Both the position numbers and the translations under genes were made by a program. This document shows positions 56,305 through 64,000 of a stretch of DNA of 64,000 bases, one piece after another. The stretch comes from a virus (lineage: Duplodnaviria; Caudoviricetes). The stretch spans positions 1 to 64,000 of the IMG/VR virus record IMGVR_UViG_2724679359_000002; one strand, 5' to 3'. The notes under the pieces were generated by a model. The model did no database searches. It saw nothing but the letters and a program-made list of their open reading frames with translations, and was not told the origin of the DNA. How positions within the stretch are numbered: the first letter of the stretch is position 1; every line of letters begins with the position of its first letter.

Positions 56305-57534
56305 TTATTTGCTCCCTTTGGCGGCCGGTGCTTCTTCTGTGGTTTCCGGGGGAGTCTCAGTAGCGGTTTCCGCTGTGACATCCTCCGGGTTCGACGCCAC
56401 TTTCACCGCTGCCATGATCGCGGCGGCAAGACCGTCATAGTTTGGGGCTTCCGATACCATCAATGCGGCCGCAGCCGGTGCCGAGGCGATGTCTTTTTTC
56501 GCCGGTAAGATTTCGATGTTTTCCACCAGACAGCCACAGGCGTAATCTTCCACCACATAATCCTGTTTAATGGATTCGTAGTTTTCGATACGGTCTCGCT
56601 TGGCGTTCTCATCAATATGGCGGCGGTGTGAGTCTTCCAGCCAGTAAATAGACAGGTTATCGAGGCGGGTGATAAAGAACGCGTTAGCCGGGAAGAACGG
56701 CACACGGACAGCCGGTAAATTGCCGATACGCTTCTGGCTGATAATCAGGTCAGCGGCGAGGGTTTCGCTGTTTTCCTGCTCCTTGTTGACGATAGGGAAA
56801 TATTTATCCTGCATCAACTGACGGCCAGTGATAACCACCAGTTCAGGGTCTTCCTGATGCCATTCAGCAATCATGGTATTGGTAGCATCCATCACCAGCG
56901 CATCCAAGTTGGCATAATCGCCACCATGGCCGACACGGATTTTTTCCGATACTACCGTGCCATCTTCGCCAACGACTTTGCTCATCACGCGGATTGGCGC
57001 GTTGAGGCGGTATTTTTGCAACCAACCCGGCGCGATATCCTGCAACAGTGGGTTTAGTGCGCGGTTGGATGTCTTGGCGCGGTGGGTACCATTGAAGCCC
57101 GCCATAATGCGGTCAAGAGCCTGCCGCTTGATAATGGCGTCGCGTAAACGGGTCTGGAAGTCCTGATAACGCGCCCACAGGTCGAGGGTGTTATAGCGAA
57201 TGTGGAAATCGTAGTTCACCTGTTCACAGAAATATTTCTCACTGTCCAGTGAGGCAAATTCGGCAGTTTCGCGTTCGTCGCCGCCGTCAGTATCGGTGGT
57301 GCTGGCAACCGAACCATTGACGCCAAGGCCGACCTTTTCGGCGGTCAGCTCGGCGACTGGCACAATATTGATGCGGCTCAGAAATTCTGAGGACTCTTGC
57401 ACGCGGGTCATGATGGTTTGCGTAACGGAGGGTTCAACGCTGAATTTTTTATTCAGGTCGCCAGTTTCTACCCCGTTCAGCTCGGCTTGACGGGTTAGAT
57501 AGGCATTAAATTTAAAACGGGTTGCTGGGCGCAT
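56305..57534 (-). CDS. N: Major capsid protein N with extended C-terminus (409 aa)
   Basis: RQALDRIMAGFNG, DRIENYES; Ala/Thr/Glu/Pro-rich tail. Confidence 0.95.
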   Translation of the reverse strand: MRPATRFKFNAYLTRQAELNGVETGDLNKKFSVEPSVTQTIMTRVQESSEFLSRINIVPVAELTAEKVGLGVNGSVASTTDTDGGDERETAEFASLDSEKYFCEQVNYDFHIRYNTLDLWARYQDFQTRLRDAIIKRQALDRIMAGFNGTHRAKTSNRALNPLLQDIAPGWLQKYRLNAPIRVMSKVVGEDGTVVSEKIRVGHGGDYANLDALVMDATNTMIAEWHQEDPELVVITGRQLMQDKYFPIVNKEQENSETLAADLIISQKRIGNLPAVRVPFFPANAFFITRLDNLSIYWLEDSHRRHIDENAKRDRIENYESIKQDYVVEDYACGCLVENIEILPAKKDIASAPAAAALMVSEAPNYDGLAAAIMAAVKVASNPEDVTAETATETPPETTEEAPAAKGSK

Positions 57535-57610
57535 AATAATCCTGATTCAGTTAAATAACGTGTTAATGAAATAGCAAGCGGGCCGCACAACCGGCGGCCA
57601 GTGATCCCGA

Positions 57611-58465
57611 TTAGCAGTCGGTCAATACATCGTTCTGGTTGTTGCCGCCGGTGGATTCCGGGCGTTTGGTCTGGCTAAAGTTTTCAGTGATAGAAAGTTT
57701 GGTTTCTAGCGACGTAACCCCTTGTTTTCCCTTTTCAATGCTCTGTTTCAGCTCCACCACTTGGTCTGCAAATTGCTTCTCAATGGTCGTAAAGCGGGCT
57801 TCAATGGTTTCTTCCTGCTCCTGCACATGCACTGCCACGGCATTCACCGCCTCATGCACATCATTAAAACGGGCGTCGTCGGTTGCTTGCTTGCGGCTGA
57901 ATACTGACTTCACCATGTTGAGTAAGGTGACACCCGGCTCGGCCACGTCTTCAAATTCCAGTTGCACTTCAACTGCCGCCGAGAAAAAGTTATCCGGGTT
58001 GGATTTACGCGAGGCCAGTGGGTTGTGTTTGGCTTTGACGCTGAACTCTAAAATTTCCGTGCCAAGACTATTAGGGTCATCGGTCACCGCCAGACCGACC
58101 AGATAGGCTTTACCGCTGTTGGCAAAGTTCGGACTAATCTCCATCGAGGTGTAAACTTTTTGGCGGCTTTTATTCAGTAGTACCAGTTCGTCTGTTGGGT
58201 TGATTTGGGCAAAAAGTGCGCGCTTACCCTTCAGTGCTGAATCATCTTCAATAGTTTCAGCTTTCAGACCAACGACATCGCCATAACGGCGGAATGAGCT
58301 GTCAGGTGACACACTTCTTATGTGTTCCAGATTGATGCGGCAACCGTAGACGCGCGGGTCAAAGGTTTCGGCCATTTGGTTGATATCGTTAACGTCAATC
58401 ACTCGCCCGTCGCAGGTATCACCCTCAACGCCGATACGAAAATACTTAGAAACTTTCTTAGCCAT
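57611..58465 (-). CDS. O: Capsid scaffold O
   Basis: FRIGVEGDTCDGR, QKVYTSME, LTDC. Confidence 0.93.
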   Translation of the reverse strand: MAKKVSKYFRIGVEGDTCDGRVIDVNDINQMAETFDPRVYGCRINLEHIRSVSPDSSFRRYGDVVGLKAETIEDDSALKGKRALFAQINPTDELVLLNKSRQKVYTSMEISPNFANSGKAYLVGLAVTDDPNSLGTEILEFSVKAKHNPLASRKSNPDNFFSAAVEVQLEFEDVAEPGVTLLNMVKSVFSRKQATDDARFNDVHEAVNAVAVHVQEQEETIEARFTTIEKQFADQVVELKQSIEKGKQGVTSLETKLSITENFSQTKRPESTGGNNQNDVLTDC

Positions 58466-58550
58466 GAGCGGCTCCATTCAGTGTGATTATGGTTATTCGG
58501 TTCGGGGCTTAGTTTCCTGATGTAAGGCGGCAGCAACAACGAAAGCCAGT

Positions 58551-58568
58551 TGTGACGGGGCTGGCACA
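58551..58568. promoter_or_regulatory. Ogr site of pO/pP
   Basis: TGT-N12-ACA. Confidence 0.8.
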
Positions 58569-58615
58569 ACAGCGAGGACGCGCAGAGGGTCGGGCTGGTC
58601 GCGTAGCCTAATGGC

Positions 58616-60388
58616 ATGAATACGACACCGAGCACCATCATCAGCGACCCACGGCGACAGGCGGCCTTGCTTTACTGGCAGGGCTTCTCTGTGCGCCAAA
58701 TCGCAGACCAGCTAGCCCTTAAATCGCCGACTGTGCAGAGCTGGAAGAAGCGCGACGGGTGGGATGCGATTGCGCCCATTTCCCGCGTGGAAACCAGCAT
58801 GGAAGCGCGGTTGATTCAACTCATCATGAAAGACGCCAAAGAGGGGCGGGACTTTAAAGAGATTGACCTGTTAGGCCGTCAGATTGAACGGCTGGCGCGG
58901 GTGAACCGCTACAGCCAGACCGGCAGCGAAGCTGATTTAAATCCGAACGTAGCGAACCGCAACAAAGGGGAGCGCAAGCCCCCGGATAAAAACCTGTTCA
59001 GTGAATCCGCGATTGAAAAACTGGAATCTATTTTTCACGAAAATATCTTTGATTATCAGCGCAACTGGTTTGATGCCGGGCTACAACACCGTATCCGCAA
59101 TATCCTGAAATCGCGCCAGATTGGCGCAACGTTCTTCTTTGCCCGCGAAGCGCTATTGGATGCCATCACCACCGGGCGTAATCAGATTTTCTTATCTGCC
59201 AGTAAAGCACAGGCGCATGTGTTCAAAAGCTACATTATCGACTTTGCCCGCATGGTTGACGTTGACCTGAAAGGTGACCCGATGGTGCTACCCAACGGGG
59301 CGCGCCTGTTCTTTCTCGGCACGAACGTGCGCACCGCGCAGAGCTACACCGGCAATCTCTATCTTGACGAGTATTTCTGGATACCCAAGTTTCAGGAACT
59401 ACGCAAAGTCGCCAGCGGCATGTCATTACACAAAAAATGGCGTACCACCTATTTCTCCACGCCGTCGAGTCTGGCGCACAGCGCCTATCCGTTCTGGTCT
59501 GGTGAGTTGTTCAATAAAGGCCGCCGCAATAAATCCGACCATATTCAACTGGATTTAAGCCACAGCCATTTAGCCCGTGGTGCGCTGTGTGCTGATGGTC
59601 AGTGGCGGCAGATTGTCACGGTTGAAGATGCACTGGCGGGCGGCTGTAACCTGTTTGACCTCAACCAGCTCTCACTGGAATACGGCCCGTCAGAATATCA
59701 AAACCTGTTGATGTGCGAGTTTGTCGATGACCAGGCGTCAGTGTTCCCGTTCGCCGAGTTGCAGGCTTGCATGGTCGACAGTTTGGAAGAGTGGGAAGAC
59801 TACAACCCGTATTCGTTGCGGCCGTTTGGGCATCGCCCGGTGTGGATTGGTTACGACCCGTCCGAGGCCAACGGCGGCGACAGTGCCGGGTGTGCGGTGA
59901 TCGCGCCGCCAATGGTGCCGGGCGGCAAGTTCCGCGTATTGGAGCGCCACCAGTGGAAAGGGATGGATTTTGAAGCGCAGGCCAAACATATCGAAGAGCT
60001 GACGCAGAAGTATTGTGTGGAATATATCGGTATCGATGCGACTACCGTCGGCCAAGGCGTTTTCCAGTTGGTGCGCCAGTTCTTCCCGGCAGCAAGGGAA
60101 ATCAAATACACCCCTGAAATCAAAACCGCCATGGTGCTGAAAGCCAAGCACACCATTAATAACGGCCGTCTGGAATATGACACTGGCCACACCGATATCA
60201 CCCAGTCATTTATGGCCATTCGCAAGACTATGACCGCCAGCGGCAAGAGTTCGACTTATGTTGCCAGCCGCAGTGAAGAAGCCAGCCACGCCGATGTGGC
60301 GTGGGCGATTATGCACGCCCTGTTAAATGAACCCCTTACCGCGACATATGGCGGTCACAGCCCTAACTTCTTGGAGTTTTACGGATGA
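58616..60388 (+). CDS. P: Terminase large subunit
   Basis: KSRQIGAT, YLDEY, FSTPSS, IGYDP. Confidence 0.95.
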   Translation: MNTTPSTIISDPRRQAALLYWQGFSVRQIADQLALKSPTVQSWKKRDGWDAIAPISRVETSMEARLIQLIMKDAKEGRDFKEIDLLGRQIERLARVNRYSQTGSEADLNPNVANRNKGERKPPDKNLFSESAIEKLESIFHENIFDYQRNWFDAGLQHRIRNILKSRQIGATFFFAREALLDAITTGRNQIFLSASKAQAHVFKSYIIDFARMVDVDLKGDPMVLPNGARLFFLGTNVRTAQSYTGNLYLDEYFWIPKFQELRKVASGMSLHKKWRTTYFSTPSSLAHSAYPFWSGELFNKGRRNKSDHIQLDLSHSHLARGALCADGQWRQIVTVEDALAGGCNLFDLNQLSLEYGPSEYQNLLMCEFVDDQASVFPFAELQACMVDSLEEWEDYNPYSLRPFGHRPVWIGYDPSEANGGDSAGCAVIAPPMVPGGKFRVLERHQWKGMDFEAQAKHIEELTQKYCVEYIGIDATTVGQGVFQLVRQFFPAAREIKYTPEIKTAMVLKAKHTINNGRLEYDTGHTDITQSFMAIRKTMTASGKSSTYVASRSEEASHADVAWAIMHALLNEPLTATYGGHSPNFLEFYG

Positions 60389-61149
60389 AATCAATGACTT
60401 TTACTGCTGGTCAAGTTGACGGCCTGCGCGAACATTTCGAAAACGCGGCCTTTGACTATCAAAAGACGTGGTATCGGGTGGGGCAGACCGGCGTAGCCCG
60501 AAATATCACCAAGTCGCGCCAGATTGGGGTCGACTGGCTTTTTGCTTTTGAAGCGTTACTGGATTCCCTCACCACCGGGCGCAATCAGCATTTTTTAACC
60601 TGCACCAGACCAAGCGCCTTGAATACCCGCGCTTATATTGCCGAGTTCTGTCGGGTCGTTGGGGTAAACGTGAACCCATGTTCGCTGAATAATATTCTGT
60701 TAGGTAATGGCGCACTTATCGCCTTTCACGGTGAAAACAGTCACGCCGCTGCTCATGCCGGGAATGTGTACCTGGGTGAATATGCATGGGCTAAAAACCC
60801 ACGTTCAATACTGCTCATGGCTAAGGGGATGGCAATGCACAAAAATCATCGTTTAACACTCTATACCACGCCCTCCCGCTCACATACCGCGTTCAAGATT
60901 TGGAACGGCTCACTGGGCCATCCACGAAAAGTCGCACCGGTGATACACACCGATAACGGCGTTTTTTGTGCTGATGGCGTATTCCGTCAATCGGTTACGG
61001 CTGATGATGCTACTCAGCAAGGCGGCATGTTATGGGGAAAAAATTGGGATAAAGATTGGCTGAAAAAACACATGACGGCGGATGATTTCAAGCTCTTATA
61101 TTTGTGCGACTGGTCACAAGCGGCAAACAATGCAGAGGAAGTAAAATGA
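60385..61149 (+). CDS. Terminase ATPase-domain paralog with degenerate Walker motifs
   Basis: FDYQ..W, KSRQIGVD, GNVYLGEY, YTTPS, LCDW align to the gpP ATPase domain; ATGA overlap with P, stop overlaps the Q start. Confidence 0.85.
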   Translation: MKSMTFTAGQVDGLREHFENAAFDYQKTWYRVGQTGVARNITKSRQIGVDWLFAFEALLDSLTTGRNQHFLTCTRPSALNTRAYIAEFCRVVGVNVNPCSLNNILLGNGALIAFHGENSHAAAHAGNVYLGEYAWAKNPRSILLMAKGMAMHKNHRLTLYTTPSRSHTAFKIWNGSLGHPRKVAPVIHTDNGVFCADGVFRQSVTADDATQQGGMLWGKNWDKDWLKKHMTADDFKLLYLCDWSQAANNAEEVK

Positions 61150-62183
61150 GTAAGCGCAAAGGCCGCAAGGCATTAAGTCGCCCGGCAACTAATCACACCG
61201 CCAGCCAACAGCAGCCGGTGGAGGCTTTCACCTTTGGCGAACCCTCCGCCGTTCTCGACAAGCGGGAAATACTGGATTACATCGAATGCACCGGCAACGG
61301 TAAATGGTATGACCCGCCGATTAGCTTTGACGGGCTGGCGCGCAGTTTCCGGGCGGCGGTGCATCACAGCTCACCGCTGTATGTGAAACGCAACATACTG
61401 GCAAGCACATTTATCCCGCATGCAATGCTCAGTCAGCAAGCCTTTAGCCGCTATGCGCTGGATTATCTGGTGTTCGGCAATGCGTTTTTAGAGGTGCGCC
61501 GTAACCAACTGGGCGCACCACTGCGCCTCGACCCCAGCCCGGCCAAGTACACCCGCCGGGGACTTGAAAAAGATTGCTATTGGTTTGTCCAGAACTGGAA
61601 AGATGAACACCTGTTCGAAGCCGGGAGCGTTTTTCACCTGATAGAACCGGATATCAATCAGGAGCTTTACGGCCTGCCGGAATATCTCAGCGGCTTAAAT
61701 TCGGCTTGGCTCAATGAAGCGGCCACGCTGTTCCGTCGCAAGTATTACCAGAATGGCGCTCACGCGGGATACATCCTGTATATGACTGACGCCGCGCAAA
61801 GTAGCAGCGATATTGAGGCAATGCGTAAAGCGATGCGCGACACCAAAGGGTTAGGCAATTTTCGCAACCTGTTTATGTACGCGCCCAACGGTAAAAAAGA
61901 CGGCATCCAGATTTTACCGTTGAGCGAAGTCGCCACCAAAGATGACTTTTTTAATATCAAGAACGCCACCCGCGACGACCTGCTTAGTGTTCACCGGGTG
62001 CCGCCGCAGATGATGGGGATTATTCCCAACAATACCGGCGGATTCGGTGACGTGGCGAAAGCCTCACAAGTGTTTGTCCGTAACGAGTTAACGCCGTTGC
62101 AAGAACGATTGAAAGAGGTGAATGACTGGATAGGGCAAGAGGTGATCCGGTTCAAGCCTTATGAACTGATAAGTGAGGAATAA
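61146..62183 (+). CDS. Q: Portal protein
   Basis: WYDPP, QELYGLPEY, HRVPPQMMG. Confidence 0.95.
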   Translation: MSKRKGRKALSRPATNHTASQQQPVEAFTFGEPSAVLDKREILDYIECTGNGKWYDPPISFDGLARSFRAAVHHSSPLYVKRNILASTFIPHAMLSQQAFSRYALDYLVFGNAFLEVRRNQLGAPLRLDPSPAKYTRRGLEKDCYWFVQNWKDEHLFEAGSVFHLIEPDINQELYGLPEYLSGLNSAWLNEAATLFRRKYYQNGAHAGYILYMTDAAQSSSDIEAMRKAMRDTKGLGNFRNLFMYAPNGKKDGIQILPLSEVATKDDFFNIKNATRDDLLSVHRVPPQMMGIIPNNTGGFGDVAKASQVFVRNELTPLQERLKEVNDWIGQEVIRFKPYELISEE

Positions 62184-62184
62184 A

Positions 62185-62364
62185 ATGGGACGTAAAGCGC
62201 CAACACCACCGCCATATAAACCCGGCGACACAGTGAAGAGGCCCGCGCCACCGCCGCAGCCGCCCAAAAAATGCGAGTGTACAGGCTGCTATCGTCGGCG
62301 AATGGGATTAGGCGGATATCAGCCGCATAGCTGCGGTGTGAGTATTGCGGTTTCAAATAGTTAA
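62185..62364 (+). CDS. Small Pro-rich, Cys-containing protein
   Basis: GAGGA SD; PTPPP, PAPPPQPP, CECTGC; lies before the operon terminator. Confidence 0.5.
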   Translation: MGRKAPTPPPYKPGDTVKRPAPPPQPPKKCECTGCYRRRMGLGGYQPHSCGVSIAVSNS

Positions 62365-62384
62365 TTGATATTTTTGAACATCAT

Positions 62385-62409
62385 AGCCGCCGAACCGGGC
62401 GGCTTTTTC
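62385..62409 (+). terminator. Terminator of the P-Q operon
   Basis: AGCCGCC-GAACCG-GGCGGCT followed by TTTT. Confidence 0.8.
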
Positions 62410-62571
62410 ATGCCTGAAAAGTAGCGATTCCAACCCCACGTGCCATACGCCACCAGACGCCCATCACGCCCTCACACCCCATGAACACGCATTGACTCCC
62501 GACTCAACCGAACGCAGCACCACGGCCCGCTCAAGATCGATAAATAAGGGTATCAAAACCCTTTGCGCGCA

Positions 62572-62590
62572 ATGCTATCCCCGCCACGCC
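62572..62590. other. cos site (19-nt cohesive end)
   Basis: Reverse complement GGCGTGGCGGGGATAGCAT closely matches the P2/186 cos. Confidence 0.85.
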
Positions 62591-62724
62591 TGCGCGCTTT
62601 GCAGGTCGCTTTTCATGCACTTGCATGATCCATTGAGATCCGCGCCGGAACTGGGGCTAGCTGGGATTTTCTGGCTCAGGTTCATCATGCAAAATCATGC
62701 ACTATATGCATGCAGTGCTAAAAA

Positions 62725-62910
62725 TCAGCGCAAAGAATGTAAACAGGACTCCCCTGCCCCGTCTAAATAGATATTTTTTGCTTCTACAACTAATTCAGAT
62801 ATCCACACCAGTGCCACTTCCCGGTCTCTATTTTTCATCTCATCACCGGCTGACATTCTAGCTATGAGGTCTATACGTTCAAGCAAAACTAGCCCATCTA
62901 AATCCATCAC
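62725..62910 (-). CDS. Tum(A)-like antirepressor
   Basis: LLERIDLIARM...DREVALVWISEL resembles the phage 186 Tum N-terminus; SOS box upstream. Confidence 0.72.
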   Translation of the reverse strand: MMDLDGLVLLERIDLIARMSAGDEMKNRDREVALVWISELVVEAKNIYLDGAGESCLHSLR

Positions 62911-62935
62911 TTAATAATCTCCCAGCACTTATGCA

Positions 62936-62955
62936 TACTGTGTTTATATACAGTA
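62936..62955. promoter_or_regulatory. LexA (SOS) box
   Basis: TACTGTGTTTATATACAGTA = CTG-N10-CAG consensus. Confidence 0.9.
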
Positions 62956-63105
62956 TACTATGCACTTTTTAAGAAAACTTCTATATAAATATATGGTTTT
63001 ACTTAAGTAAAAAATCTTAGATTAAAAAGCATCCTGTTGAACAACAAACCTTTTATGCATAAAAGCAGTGAACACAGTGCGTCACACTACATATTTAATT
63101 TTCAG

Positions 63106-63119
63106 TGTGACGCGTCACA
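63106..63119. promoter_or_regulatory. Perfect palindrome TGTGACGCGTCACA
   Basis: Overlaps the stop of the RHH/Cys gene; extra half-site near 63080; counterpart at 26009. Confidence 0.55.
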
Positions 63120-63474
63120 ACGGTTTAATTTCGCTAATCAATAGACTGTTGATACCTTTGGTCTGCCAGCAAGCCGCCTCACCCCGCAAACAACATCCAT
63201 TTGGATCGCCCGGCAAGGTATCGCCACATTTTCCGCAACGTTGTTTACCCAGTTCGGCCAGTTGCTCTTTTAGTCGCTGGTTATCTTGCCGAATAAGTAG
63301 CGCGATATATTCTGGTAAATCATAGGCAGGCCGGAACAGACGCCGGGCGGCCATACCCTCGGTCAGCATGGCGTGTTCTTCTGGCTCAAGCCGGGCGCGA
63401 ATTTCATTGATACCGGCGGATTTATCACGCTGGCGCTGTGCCTGTTTGCGGGTAGTGGCGTCGGTTTTAGTCAT
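63115..63474 (-). CDS. RHH-like/Cys-rich phage protein
   Basis: Homolog of 28713-29057 (RKQAQRQRDK...CGKCGDTLPG...CC...CWQT). Confidence 0.8.
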   Translation of the reverse strand: MTKTDATTRKQAQRQRDKSAGINEIRARLEPEEHAMLTEGMAARRLFRPAYDLPEYIALLIRQDNQRLKEQLAELGKQRCGKCGDTLPGDPNGCCLRGEAACWQTKGINSLLISEIKPL

Positions 63475-63493
63475 GGTTTCTCTCTCAGGTAGA

Positions 63494-64000
63494 TTAATCA
63501 TCGAATTCCGGCCAGTCGGACAAGGCCGGATATTGAATAACAGTGTCATCGAACGTCATTGAAGCCCCACGGGCTAACGATTCCAGCTCCCAGCGCTGGA
63601 CGCTGATATCTTTCAGCAGTAAATCATTGCGAATTTGGGAGATGCGCTGGCGTTCTTCGCGGGTTAAGCGGGCAGATGGCGCAATAATTCGGCCCTTGGT
63701 GGGGTCATAACTGCGTTGTATCTTGCTTATCGTTGGCTGTTTCTCTTTAACGCGGGCCACAATCGCCCTCACGGCGGCAGTGTCCGACCAGTCAATAACG
63801 GCGTCCGGTGGGTATTCCATCGCCACCACAGGCGTTTCAGCCTGCCCGCTGGGGTCATTTGGCGCTTGGGTGTTTTCACCTAACCCACAGTTATTGACAG
63901 GACTCCGAGGCGCGCCAGAGGCGCTTTTCAAAGTCAAAAGCTCAACGTCAACGGCACCAGCAACGATGCGCCATTGGGTTGTGCGGGTTTCATGAATATG
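63494..64000 (-). CDS. A: C-terminal part of replication protein gpA (truncated by the window edge)
   Basis: Open to the window edge; APRSPVNNC segment and WELESLARGA tail typical of P2 A. Confidence 0.88.
   Translation of the reverse strand, partial: HIHETRTTQWRIVAGAVDVELLTLKSASGAPRSPVNNCGLGENTQAPNDPSGQAETPVVAMEYPPDAVIDWSDTAAVRAIVARVKEKQPTISKIQRSYDPTKGRIIAPSARLTREERQRISQIRNDLLLKDISVQRWELESLARGASMTFDDTVIQYPALSDWPEFDD
63890..63914 (-). other. P2-type replication origin
   Basis: GCGCCTCGGAGTCCTGTCAATAAC. Confidence 0.85.

Larger units (their letters stand above)
39831..64000. mobile_element. P2/186-like prophage 2 (continues beyond the window)
   Basis: Second full structural gene set from ogr to Q, plus cos, tum-like gene and the 3' end of A. 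Confidence 0.95.

Overview
The window holds two P2-like (Peduoviridae-type) prophages in tandem, probably in a Yersinia-like enterobacterium; the host is inferred from sequence style only. Prophage 1 runs from ogr at position 1 to its integrase and att core at about 39830. It has a complete tail, baseplate, lysis, head, replication and switch gene set and three accessory hotspots: a C4-antisense-RNA operon plus an Rpn nuclease next to the tail fibre; HEPN-like, BrnTA and TIR genes between V and S; and a membrane protein, a DUF2971-like gene and a partner gene around cos. The junction at 39777-39830 is the 3' half of a tRNA-Leu(UAA). Prophage 2 (about 39830 to beyond 64000) is 186/P2-like, with a cos site, a LexA-boxed tum-like gene, an effector/immunity-like moron and an apparently inactive second terminase ATPase gene. 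The most striking feature is a dual-frame C5 DNA methyltransferase locus at 32247-33404. One frame carries motifs II, III, I, IV, VI, VIII and X in a permuted order. A fully nested +1 frame of 343 codons carries motif IX and four tandem GW(P/T)TP modules that look like target-recognition domains, suggesting a two-chain, modular, possibly multispecific methyltransferase. All family assignments come from motif recognition by eye; no database searches were run.
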